64,000 bases of DNA from Octopus sinensis (lineage: Eukaryota): NCBI RefSeq assembly GCF_006345805.1, contig NC_043001.1, positions 77,252,001 through 77,316,000 of the forward strand. Direction: 5' to 3'. Position 1 is the first letter of the stretch; each line of letters begins with the position of its first letter. Below the pieces are notes generated by a model. It was not told the DNA's origin and ran no database searches. It saw only the letters and a program-made list of their open reading frames with translations. The position numbers were made by a program, and so were the translations under genes. Below are positions 1-10,271 of the stretch, one piece after another.

Positions 1-847
1 ATCAGGGACAACTCAAAAGAAAGAACGATTTATTTCTCCTCCTGAGTGACTTCAGTTCCTTCATGCAATTCTCGTCTACCGTCTGCCAAATTCTCTCACA
101 GTCATTGGCCGGCCCAGGGCTGTAGTTAAACCACTTGCTCAAAGTGCCAATACTCCCTCCCTCCTCCAATCTGGATGCTGTCTTAAGGCTTGGGCGCACT
201 AGGCTGGTGCCCCGGGACCTAATGAGTCTAGAGGTCCATTTCTGATTTATGTATATTGAGGCTTGATTTGCCCAGCGGCCTATATAAGGCTACTAAGGCG
301 GCCTTGCTTCCAGCCTTTCATTAATCATTTGCACAAAGTGGTACCGTCCGTTCTTTTGATCTTTTGAGTTTTTGTACTACTTCTTACGCTTTTCAACGTT
401 GTTTCCTTTATTTACTTATCACTGATTTACGACTGAATTTTGTTTTTCACTGCTTTCGTGGATTTTCCTCACTCTCTGTTGCCATCCAATTTCATTACCA
501 TGAATTTGAATTGGGTGCTTTAGTGATAGCAAATATTTCATTAGCTGATTACTCAACGTTATGGATGCGTTGCAGTTACTCGCTTGATAAGAGATTCATG
601 ATACTAACCGTTGATCTTCTAGGATTCCACCGCTCAGCATTAATGTAAGAAGCACTGCTGGTTCAGTTGATCTTTTCCGCTACCTTTTCACAACACACCA
701 TACTGCAGTCCCATCACTTCACCGTATTCCTGGCAGGGTGGCTGAATGGGTGCCACGCCTTACCAAAGGACAGCCCGAAACTATACAGCGCACAGTCGTT
801 AATCCGTGAGGTATTTTCAAAGTACCCGCATACTCACAAATGTGAGT

Positions 848-965
848 TGTTACAGCACATAGGTTTCCCAAGCAGTCACCCATCTGAGTATTAATTAGAC
901 TCGAGATTACTTAACTTCGGTGATCGGATGAGACCTAGTGGATTCAACGTGATATGGCCAATCGT
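848..965 (-). pseudogene. 5S rRNA-derived sequence (5S pseudogene or head of a 5S-derived SINE)
   Basis: Reverse complement reads GGCCATATCACGTTGAA...TCCGATCACCGAAGTTAAG...GATGGGTGACTGCTTGGGAA...GTGCTGTA, colinear with invertebrate 5S rRNA over ~118 nt but with many substitutions. Confidence 0.85.
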
Positions 966-1029
966 ATACGGAGTATTAATTATTTACTCCACTGAACACA
1001 AATTCTCGCCATTTAAACCTACCTCAAAG

Positions 1030-1248
1030 TTATTCTTTTTTACTCTCAGCACACGGCCCGAAACTTTTGGGGAGGGGGCCGGTCGATTACATCGACGCCA
1101 GTACGCAACTGGTACTTAATTTATCGACCGCTAAATGATGAAAGGCAAAGTCGACCTCAGCGGGTTTCGAATTCAGAACGTAAAGACAGACGAAATACCA
1201 CTAAGCAATACGCTTGGCGTACTAACGTTTCTGCCAACTCGCCGCCTT
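1030..1248 (-). mobile_element. SINE family B (tRNA-like head, central GTCGACTTTGCCTTTCATC...GTCGATAAATTAAGTACCAG block)
   Basis: Same ~230-bp sequence recurs more than 10 times in the window; A-box-like TGGCAGAAACG and B-box-like GAGTTCAAATTCC in intact copies. Confidence 0.85.
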
Positions 1249-1431
1249 TATCTCAGAGTGATTACTTCATAAACGGACCCTTGGTTTATATACGTTGCGA
1301 TTACTTCGATACATATCCACCATATACATAGGATTGTAAACCACCTACGTCTAGTTAATCTATTATTTCCGATTGATCTCTTGGGAATTGGTCACTCGTC
1401 AACTCCAACTCTAATTGTAAGTGTAAATCAT

Positions 1432-1591
1432 AAGCGCAGGTATACCTGTGTAGTTAAAGGTCTCGCATTGTAACCACGCGATCTCGGGTTAAGTTCAACA
1501 GGACGACACCTTGGGCAAGTATTTCTATTTTAGCCTCGGGCCAACAAATACATTGTGAATGAATTTAGTTGATGGAAACTGTGGAAACTCG

Positions 1592-1597
<6 letters not shown>
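1432..1597 (+). mobile_element. SINE family A, diverged 5' part
   Basis: Matches the head and CACCTTGGGCAAGT...GCCTCGGGCC...GGAAACTG block of the full copy at 38935-39340. Confidence 0.7.
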
Positions 1598-1627
<30 letters not shown>

Positions 1628-1635
<8 letters not shown>

Positions 1636-3140
1636 TTCGAGACAAAACCACTATTTTGCAATACAAACAAGGAAAGACTTAATCAAGACATAAAAAATTT
1701 TAATATAAAGAAATAAACCGCCACTACAATCGTTTCATGTCTTCAATGACATTCGTCAGGTGGATTTTCGATCTAAAATATCAATATATTAAAATATAAG
1801 TTTAAAATAATAAAATTATCAATGAAAAATATAAATATATATAATCTATATATAATCTATATATAATCTATATATAATCAATATATAATCTAAAATAAAC
1901 CCTATAAACAATTGAATATAAAGAAACCTATTATTAAAGTTCTCATATTTAAAGATGTACAAAAAACAAAAAAAAAACAACAACAAAAAAAAAAAAAACA
2001 AAAAACAAAAAACAAAAAACAAAAACCAAAAAACAAAAAAACAAAAAAACAAAGACAAAAACAAAATAAAAATAAACTATATATACACACATGCTCATAC
2101 ACATATAACTATCTCCTTATGTTAATCTTGTTACTTATGATAATCTGGTTACTTATGGAGTATTTTATATATCGTATTATGTGTAGATATGTTGTTTTTC
2201 TTTGGAGTGTTTATGTATGTGTGAATGTGTGTGTGTGTGTGCGTATTTGGTTGTGTAATTTTTTATCTATATGGGTGTGGGTGTGAATATATTGTTGTAT
2301 ATATCGAGTTTAGTGCGTATGTATATGTATATAGAGGGGGTATATGTATATGTTATGGGTGTGTGTTTTACGTATGTGTATTTTTGTGTGTGAATGTATT
2401 ATGGGGATTGCTATATAGGTATTATTGTGTTTGGTAAAGGGTGTTTTATCATTATATGTATATATGGGTTTCATTATCATGATTGGTTTATTAATGATTT
2501 TGGAGTAAATTCTGTGTATTTACGTTGATTAAATATTATTCCATTCTTTCCATTCATAATTTAAAAAAAAACGTTCGATCACCACGCGCAAAGAATTGTT
2601 TATTTTTCTTTTGAGTGTTTATGTATGTGTGAATGTGTGTGTGTGTGTGTGATTGTTTGCGTAATTTATTTATCTGTATGGGTGTGGGTGTGAATATATT
2701 GGTGTATATATCGAGTTCTGTATGTATGTATATGTATGTGTGAGCGGGTATATGTATATTGTTTATGACTGTGGGTTGTATGTGTGTGTGAGGGAGTATG
2801 AATAAGTAATGTGTTGAAGTATTTGGCTATTTTATTAATTTATTCATTTATCGTTGCCTAGACGTTTTTATGTGTATGTATAGAGATATATATATTGGTG
2901 TGTGAGTTAGTGTATGTATTTAGATATGGTTATATATATATTAGTTATATGTGTATGAGCATGTGTGTATATATAGTTTATTTTTTTTATTTTTTTATTT
3001 TTTTTTTTTTTTTGTCATTGAAGACATGAAACGATTGTAGTGGCGGTTTATTTCTTTATATTAAAAATTGTTATGTATTGATTAAGTCTTTCCTTGTTTG
3101 TATTGCAAAATAGTGGTTTTGTCTCGAATTAATATTATAT
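1628..3140. mobile_element. Penelope-like non-autonomous element with head-to-head inverted arms
   Basis: 1628-1750 is the reverse complement of 3013-3140, and 2072-2110 of 2942-2981; the arms carry a hammerhead motif; internal direct repeat at ~2190-2430 / ~2600-2800. Confidence 0.7.
1721..1763 (-). ncRNA. Type I minimal hammerhead ribozyme
   Basis: Minus strand: CCAC-CTGACGA-ATGTC-attgaa-GACAT-GAAA-C-gatt-GT-A/GTGG. Full core, 5-bp stem II, 4-bp stem I, GUA cleavage triplet. Confidence 0.85.
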
Positions 3141-3330
3141 AATATTTTACTATAAAATTGGATTTAATCCTAAATCTGATTTTTTCCCTGTAAATTTGGA
3201 TTTATTCCCTAATATTTATTATATATATATATATATATATGTAAATGGATGAATGAATAATCCTTTGTTTACAGTTAACATGGAAAATTCAATAAACAGT
3301 TATCAGGGTAGCAAAATACCAGCCCTTCCC

Positions 3331-3442
<112 letters not shown>

Positions 3443-3455
3443 CAACAACATAGTT

Positions 3456-3823
3456 TTGGTCTCTGAGGACAACTCCAACAGAATTAAATTTATGTCTAAT
3501 AATTCTAAGATTAAGAATTCTATATACCAATGTAAAATTACTTCAGGTACCGATGTCTATTTCTATATTGCGATTCCTCTTCCCAGTTATCTAAGAGAAT
3601 TTCCAATCATTATTCTTCATTTAGGGATAGCAGTAAACGCAATAGCACAGGGCTTAGTAAATTGGTTTGGTATCTTAAAGACAACAATAAGGATTTTAAG
3701 TTAGATTGGTCCATCCTGTCCATCTCTTTCCCCTATGACAAGGGCAAAGGATTCTGTAACATTTGCAACTCTGAACTCTTCCATATTCTCTTCTCTAAGA
3801 ATTATCTTGTTAACACACTTATG
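3456..3823 (+). pseudogene. Penelope-type GIY-YIG endonuclease fragment with a 1-nt frameshift near 3570
   Basis: NSIYQCKITSGTDVYFYI then, in the shifted frame, DSSSQLSKRISNHYSSFRDSSKRNSTGLSKLVWYLKDNNKDFKLDWSIL...PYDKGKGFCNICNSE. Fits the PLE pattern IY...YIG...NH.SSFR...NST.LSK..W.LK...C..C..E. Confidence 0.85.
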
Positions 3824-4161
3824 TAGCGATCGTACAGATGTAAACACCGACAGAAACACACCATATAAGTGATTTATACCAGTCTGTATAGTTTAAACAT
3901 TTAGTTCACCTTGCACTTTACTTCAATAGAGAAATCTATTTCCAAGTCTTTGAACATTTTTTTCAACCAACATATCCCTCTATATTTCTCCTTTATTTGT
4001 TCTATACTTATTATTTCTTTACCCCTTCTCTTCCTACGGTCTACCTTTGACATCAGATCTACTAACGGTTATTTTTTAAAATACTTAATAGCCTTCTGTT
4101 TATCATTTATGCAGTCATCAAAATTGTTATAATGTCTTGTTGTTGAGATGGGTTTTCTTTC

Positions 4162-4245
4162 TTTCCTGATGAGAAGATTACATTATTTTACACCGTTTAT
4201 TCCTTTGGAATAAAACCAATGTTGTCTTCGAAACATATGTCGAAA
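4162..4245 (+). ncRNA. Type I hammerhead ribozyme with extended stem II
   Basis: TTTC-CTGATGA(4166-4172)-GAAGA...TCTTC-GAAA-CATATGT-C(4241)/GAAA. Full core, GUC triplet, palindromic ACATATGT stem III. Confidence 0.88.
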
Positions 4246-4283
4246 ATAAAAGAACTTGAATAACATCTGCGTTCAACTCCATT

Positions 4284-4362
<79 letters not shown>

Positions 4363-5944
4363 GAGGAATGTATGAAAAATTTTGAGCCTTGAAGTCTTGT
4401 ACCTTCGTCAGAGGTACCATGTTTTGTTTTTTCTGAGGTTCAGGACATATGTATATGTATGTGTGCCTCAGTTTAAACCATTACGAAATATTAGGTATAC
4501 GAAGACACGCCCATTAGCCATTTTTTCACCTTCGATCTTTGTTTACATCTGATGTTTTGGATATGAAACGTCGTAACGAAATCAGTGCTGGTTATAATTT
4601 CTATAGAAAATCTGTAGAGACGACCTAATCACGTGCTTAAAGTGCACTGCTGACACAGTAGGACACAATATTGACTTATAAAATCGTTTGATATACTTTG
4701 TTGTATATTATCAATGCATAACAAAATACCACGTAGCCACAAATCATTAATATTTACGTATCAGCTTCCAGGAATGTGTTTAATATGTAAATTGGTATAT
4801 CCAGTACCGTAACACCACTGTATTTAGTGGCTATTTAAGCAATGAATTAGTGGATGATTAATGGGTTAGATGGGTGCTGATGAAGGAGCGAAAACTCCTC
4901 AAATATGGCATATATACACTCGTTAACCATTTTTTCATCTTCGATCTCACTGTTTATATCTGACGTCTCGGATACGAAACGTCGTAACAAAATCAATGCT
5001 GGCAACAATTTCTATAGTAAATCTGTAGAGACGACCTTATCATATTACCATTTGCCCACTTCCATTAGTGCCACATCAGTAGCCGTCTAAAATACGGGAC
5101 GTTTTTTCTGCTGTACCCTGTATAGCTCGGTGTATTCGGCATCTTATGGCTTTTGCGCTGACGTATCCTTATGTATTTATGAGTGCCTCACTCCAAGAAA
5201 TATGATCGTAGTTTCGTTTTATATCATTAAATTGTAGCTCTAAACCTTATTTTTGTTTCCTTTTATTTTGGTTGTGGAATTTATCTTATTTCCATGTCTT
5301 ACAAAAACTGGCTTCAACATAGAAATAACTCAAATATGTTTTTTTTTATGTGTTCATTTACGCTTCGTATGGAATCGAATTTCTGCACAGTTACGAGGTT
5401 TGTAACCTCTTGATTTTTTTTTCTTTTTTGGAAGGTGCCGATTAAATAATCAAATTTGATGTTTTTCAAGAATTATTCACGGTCAAATATTGCGAACCGA
5501 TTTCATAAAGAAAAATAGCAGTGAGTCAGAAATCAATCTGAAGTCAAGAAACGTATAGATGTAAAAATACAATACAACATCCCACCCACCATCCGCGCCC
5601 AAATCTATGGCAGAATAGAATACAGTAACGTACAATCAGCAATGTACGGTTGTTGGTGTACTTGATATTGTCAGAATTTATGAAGTTTTGAAAGGTCTTG
5701 AAATGATTCTTTTTCAAAATTGGATCTCGAAGCTTACATGAAGCGATAAATAACAGAATGTAAATACAGCGTTAAAAACTTCGGGCAACCTTCAATTTTT
5801 TTCTATCCAAAAGGGGTTTTCAATCCAATATTTATAGGCTATTATTTATAGCTTACGGTATTTGTGCTTCGAGATCCAATTCCCCCCAACAAAAAAAAAA
5901 GAGAGTAAAATTATAACTGTGTACAACAAACTGAAGTGAATATT

Positions 5945-6540
5945 CTTTTATTCTTTTGCTTGTTTCAGTCATCTTGACTGTGGCCATGCTGGAGCACCGC
6001 CTTTTAGTCGAAGAAATCGACCGCTGGACTTATTCTTCATATGCCTGGTACTTATTCTATCGGTTACTTTTGCTGAACCGCCAGGTTAAGGGGACGTAAA
6101 TACCTATTTCTTTATTACCCACAAGGGGCTAAACATAGAGGGGACAAACAAAGACAGACATAGGTATTAAGTCGATTACATCGACCCCAGTGCGTAACTG
6201 GTGCTTAATTTATCGACCCCGAAAGGACGAAAGGCAAAGTCGACCTCGGCGAAATTTGAACTTACATCGTAACGGCAGACGAAATACCGCAAAGCATTTC
6301 GCCCGGCGTGCTAACGCTTCTGCCAGCTCGTCGCCTTAAATACCAACATCGGTTCTCAAGCGCAGACACATGAGTGTGGGGGGGGGGGACAAACATAGAC
6401 ACAAACACACGCACATACACCCCCCACAGGGTTTTGGTCGGCCCGAGGCTTTAATAGAAGATACAGATACATGCAATGGGACTGAACCCGGAGCCATGTG
6501 GTTGGGAAGCAAGCTTCTTATCACACAGTCACACCTGTAC
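5945..6540 (-). mobile_element. SINE family A, near full length, interrupted by a family B copy
   Basis: Tail GACTGTGGCCATGCTGGAGCACCGCC at ~5977 and head near 6480-6530; B insertion at 6105-6336. Confidence 0.85.
6105..6336 (-). mobile_element. SINE family B, full length, nested in family A
   Basis: Complete head to tail; flanked by direct repeat TAAATACC (6097-6104, 6337-6344). Confidence 0.9.
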
Positions 6541-8651
6541 CCATATTGATTATATTTTATCTGACTATTTTTAACCAATCAAAAATGATTAAAATTCAAT
6601 ATGGCACTGTCACTTGCCCACGGTCGAGTATTTTGGTTGATACTGGTCCAAATAAATCACATCCATGTCAGTATCAATTCACGTTTTGCTTTACAACCCG
6701 CACAAGACAAAGTAACGGGCAAAAATTGAGCGAAATTGCTCTTGAGGCAGACAAGGGCGTTGGCGACGGCGTTGGTGACAGCGTTGGTGAGCTATGAATA
6801 TGTCAGTCCAAATGTATTTAGCTGATGAAGAAAATGGTAATTACTGGAAAATCAAAAATGAGGAATTCTGTAGTTTGAACAATTCTATGTCATTTTTTTG
6901 ACTTTCTGTTGTTTGTTCTAAATTGATGGCTATGGAAATATGTAAAGCGATGACATGACATGAATACAGGAGAATGTGCTCGCAGTAGTATTTTCCTGTT
7001 CTTCTTTATTGTATCTAGTGTCAGTTGTGATATATTGGTGAACAACAGTGAATTACAATAGAAGTTGTGTGATGTGTCGATATCTTTCAGTTAAAAAGTG
7101 GGAATAATTTGATTAACTAAAAGATTTTGGTTGGCGTAATGGCTAGTTGTGTGGGGAGACGGCAAAAGAAAAATGCTACGTTTACGAACTCGCGACTAGC
7201 AAAACTGCTGAACTGGTCTGTGCTCCGATAAACAGGTGTATATAAAAAATAAGTGTTTGGATGTAAGACAGTCATGGTAGTAGACCAAACTGTATGCGTA
7301 GATGTAGTGACTCTTATGCATGTGCACTATCTGTGTATGAATCTTAACATATATACACCATTGACAGAAACGATACTGTTTTTTGTCTCAGAGAAAATCT
7401 TTTCATAGACATATTGAGTTAAAAATACAATATATTGTATACATCGGAACGAGATGAACGTCGTTCCAGGAACGACTCATTCATTTTCAGTTATACATTG
7501 GAGGTGACAGATTTCGTCTAGGTATGTGATTACACAGAAAAAGATATTGATAAGCTTCAAGAAAGGCGAAATGCATCAGGCGTTCCGTGAGCCAATGCTG
7601 AGATGAGGTTCGTCTTGTTTGAAAATATATTGTTTCTTTAACACAGAACGTCTATGAAGAGATCTCTCAGACAAAGGCCACAGCATAATACCTGTCAATT
7701 TTGAAGATACATTAAGTATGTTACACAGATGACTATTCAAATTTAATGCTGTTTAACTGCATATACCGAGTTTATGTAATATATGCATATAACTTTCAGT
7801 CAGTATAGTCACCAAGTTTAGTATAGGTATGTGCAATTATTCAGTTAAGTCAGATTACAGATGTATGTTAAGCCAATTCATCTTTTTCACAAGTTTTCAA
7901 ATAAAAGCAGCTGATGGTCGGCTTCTTCCTTGCTTTCCGTAATAGAATGTATATATTGCCGGCGACGTGGTTGAAGACTAACTGTGAACCAAGCGTAAAT
8001 CTGAATCGGTTAATGCTGCTGTGTGGGGTTGCTGAGTGGTGATTAAATGTGCCGAGGTAAAAGTTTTTGTTTTTATTCGTAGAAATTTTACATTTAGACA
8101 TGGACGTGAATTCGTACGCAGTTGCAAGGTCATAACCTATTGATTTTAGAAGATACCGATTAATAATCAAATTTAATATTTTCTAAGAATAATTCACTGT
8201 CAAATATTGAAAATCAATTTTACAAAATAAAAAAAAAAAAAAGAAGCAAAGTGTAGAAATCAAACTTGGTAAGTAATAGGAAGTATGTGTATTATAACGT
8301 GTTAGAAACGTACAGCAGAGTCAAGAATTGTAGTTAGTTGTGTACAACAAATAGATGCATTAATGCAAGCAGGATGTAACAAATTTTTTTGAGAATAGTT
8401 TACGATGTCTGAATAAGATGCATTTCAATAAACAGAATTTATATACTCAGAATAACGATAGCTTCTGATCTAGAAAATAAAATAAAAAAAAGACTTCAAA
8501 TATAAAAAAAAGTTAAAAGATACATAAAGCTATCAAAAAATATATTCAAGAGTAAGAATTTATATTAAGTTAACATTACAGAATGCTTGCGAGGGAGTCT
8601 CACCGACCAACATGGAATGTGATATAACATGAAATAATTTTATTTCTATAA

Positions 8652-8968
8652 ACTGGTGCTCCGTCGGTTACGACGACGAGGGTTCCATTTGATTCGATCA
8701 ACGGAACAACTTGCTCGTGAAATTAACGTACAAATGACTGAGCACTCCACATCCACGTGTACTTTTATTGTAGTTCGCAGGGAGATTTAGCGTGACACAG
8801 AATGCGACAAGGCTGGCCCCCTCGAATGTCAGATGCTATTCATTTTTGCCAGCGGCGTGGACTGGAGCAATGAAAAATAAAGTGTCTTGCTCAAGGATAC
8901 AACGCGCTACCGGGAATGGACCTAACGACCTTGCGATCGTGATCCGATTACCCTAACCACTAAGCCCT
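8652..8968 (-). mobile_element. SINE family D (tRNA-like head plus TCCTTGAGCAAGACACTTTATTT block)
   Basis: Homologous to 46815-46992, 48670-48815, 55320-55565 and 59262-59582. Confidence 0.8.
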
Positions 8969-9062
8969 CTCGTTTCTATAAACTGAGACGGGCTCCAAAC
9001 GACGATCTCAAGGCAGGAAATACCGAAAACAAATTGAACACACACACACACAGATATAAATA

Positions 9063-9270
9063 AAGGCGGCGTGCTGGCAGAAACGTTAGCATGCCGGGCG
9101 AAATGTTTAGCTGTATTTTGTCTTTACGTTCTGAGTTCAAATTCCGTCGAGGTCGACTTTGCCTGTTATCCTTTCGGGGTCGATAAAGTAAGTACCAGTT
9201 GCGGACAGCGGTCGATCTAATCGACTGACCCCCTCTCCAAAGATTTCGGGCCCTGTGCCTCGAATAGAAA
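9063..9270 (+). mobile_element. SINE family B
   Basis: AGGCGGCGTGCTGGCAGAAACGTTAGC head and GAGTTCAAATTCC B-box-like motif. Confidence 0.85.
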
Positions 9271-9345
9271 AGTATATATATATATAAAAAGTATATATAT
9301 ATATATATAAAGTATATATATATATATTTTTTTTTCTTTTTCTTT

Positions 9346-9633
9346 TCCGACCAGACCATCAGATGTTGTTACACATCGCTGGTCACAATGCGTTCGCATT
9401 GTTTTAGCCTTCGAATGATGCCACCCCGCTGGCTAAGCAAGCAGGCCAACAGAAGAAAGAGTGAGAGAAAGTTGTGGTGAAAGAGTACAGCAGGGATCAT
9501 CACCCCCTGCCGGAGCCTCGTGGAGCTTTTAGGTGTTTTCACTCAATAAGCACTCACAACGCCCGGTCTGAGAATCGAAACCGCGAGCCTACGACCGCGA
9601 GTCCGCTGCCCTAACCGCTAGGACATTGCGCCT

Positions 9634-9636
<3 letters not shown>
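9346..9636 (-). mobile_element. SINE family C (tRNA-like head GGAGGCGCAATG...GGTTTCGATTC)
   Basis: Homologous to 53040-53385 and to the tail fragment at 48560-48660. Confidence 0.8.
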
Positions 9637-9709
<73 letters not shown>

Positions 9710-9804
9710 GTATATATTTTATATATTTAAGAGATGAGGAATTATGTATATTATTTACATTATTTACATTTGGACGGATATTTGTCCTCATCTTGTTTGT
9801 TGTT

Positions 9805-9850
9805 AACACAACGTTTCGGCTGATATATCCTCCAGCCTTCATCAGCTGTC
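9805..9850 (-). ncRNA. Type I minimal hammerhead ribozyme (family F left arm)
   Basis: Minus strand GACAG-CTGATGA-A-GGCTG-gaggatatat-CAGCC-GAAA-CGTT/GTGTT; the innermost stem I pair is mismatched in this copy. Confidence 0.8.
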
Positions 9851-9926
9851 TTGGGAAAATTTCGAACCTGGGTTCTCATTCCTAAGGTATTTTTCGATGT
9901 AATTATTATTATTATTATTATTATTA

Positions 9927-9963
<37 letters not shown>

Positions 9964-10113
9964 GTTGTTGTTGTTGTTATTATTATTATTAGTCAGGTCA
10001 CTGCCTGGAATCAAACTCGGAATCTTGGGGTTAGTAGCCCACGGGCATATGGCGTAGTGGTTAAGAGTGCGGGCTACTAACTCCAGGATTCCGAGTTCGA
10101 TTCCAGGCAGTGA

Positions 10114-10191
<78 letters not shown>

Positions 10192-10225
10192 CAATATCGA
10201 AAAATACCTTAGGAAATTTCACCAA

Positions 10226-10271
10226 GACACCTGATGAATGCTGGAGGGTATATCAGTCGAAACGTTGTGTT
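10226..10271 (+). ncRNA. Type I minimal hammerhead ribozyme (family F right arm)
   Basis: GACAC-CTGATGA-AT-GCTG-gagggtatat-CAGTC-GAAA-CGTT/GTGTT; stem I intact, stem II weakened by two substitutions. Confidence 0.78.

Larger units (their letters stand above)
3453..4287 (+). mobile_element. 5'-truncated Penelope-like element (GIY-YIG C-terminus, 3' region, hammerhead)
   Basis: GIY-YIG-type translation followed by a hammerhead at 4162-4245; bounded by (ATA)n and (TA)n tracts. Confidence 0.8.

Noticed and set aside
2-330. GC-richer segment with a 65-aa minus-strand ORF
   Set aside because: No recognisable motif, truncated by the window edge; probably a TE fragment but not assignable.
4400-4420. 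CTGACGA on the minus strand
   Set aside because: No stem II followed by GAAA; it sits in the loop of a simple GTACC/GGTAC hairpin.
4548-4575. CTGATG...GAAACGTC here and at ~4960-4985
   Set aside because: The conserved A9 is T in both copies and no stem II or adjacent stem I can be formed.
6820-6860. CTGATGAAG...GGAAAA
   Set aside because: No stem II pairing and no stem III/UH site.
7491-7521. Possible 31-nt micro-exon (TTTTCAG|...|GTATGT, reading LYIGGDRFRL)
   Set aside because: Splice-like motifs alone are common; no partner exons or recognisable protein.
10043-10116. tRNA gene
   Set aside because: A and B boxes are present but the acceptor stem does not pair and the sequence is part of a duplicated repeat; treated as a SINE head. 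The same holds for the heads of families A-D.
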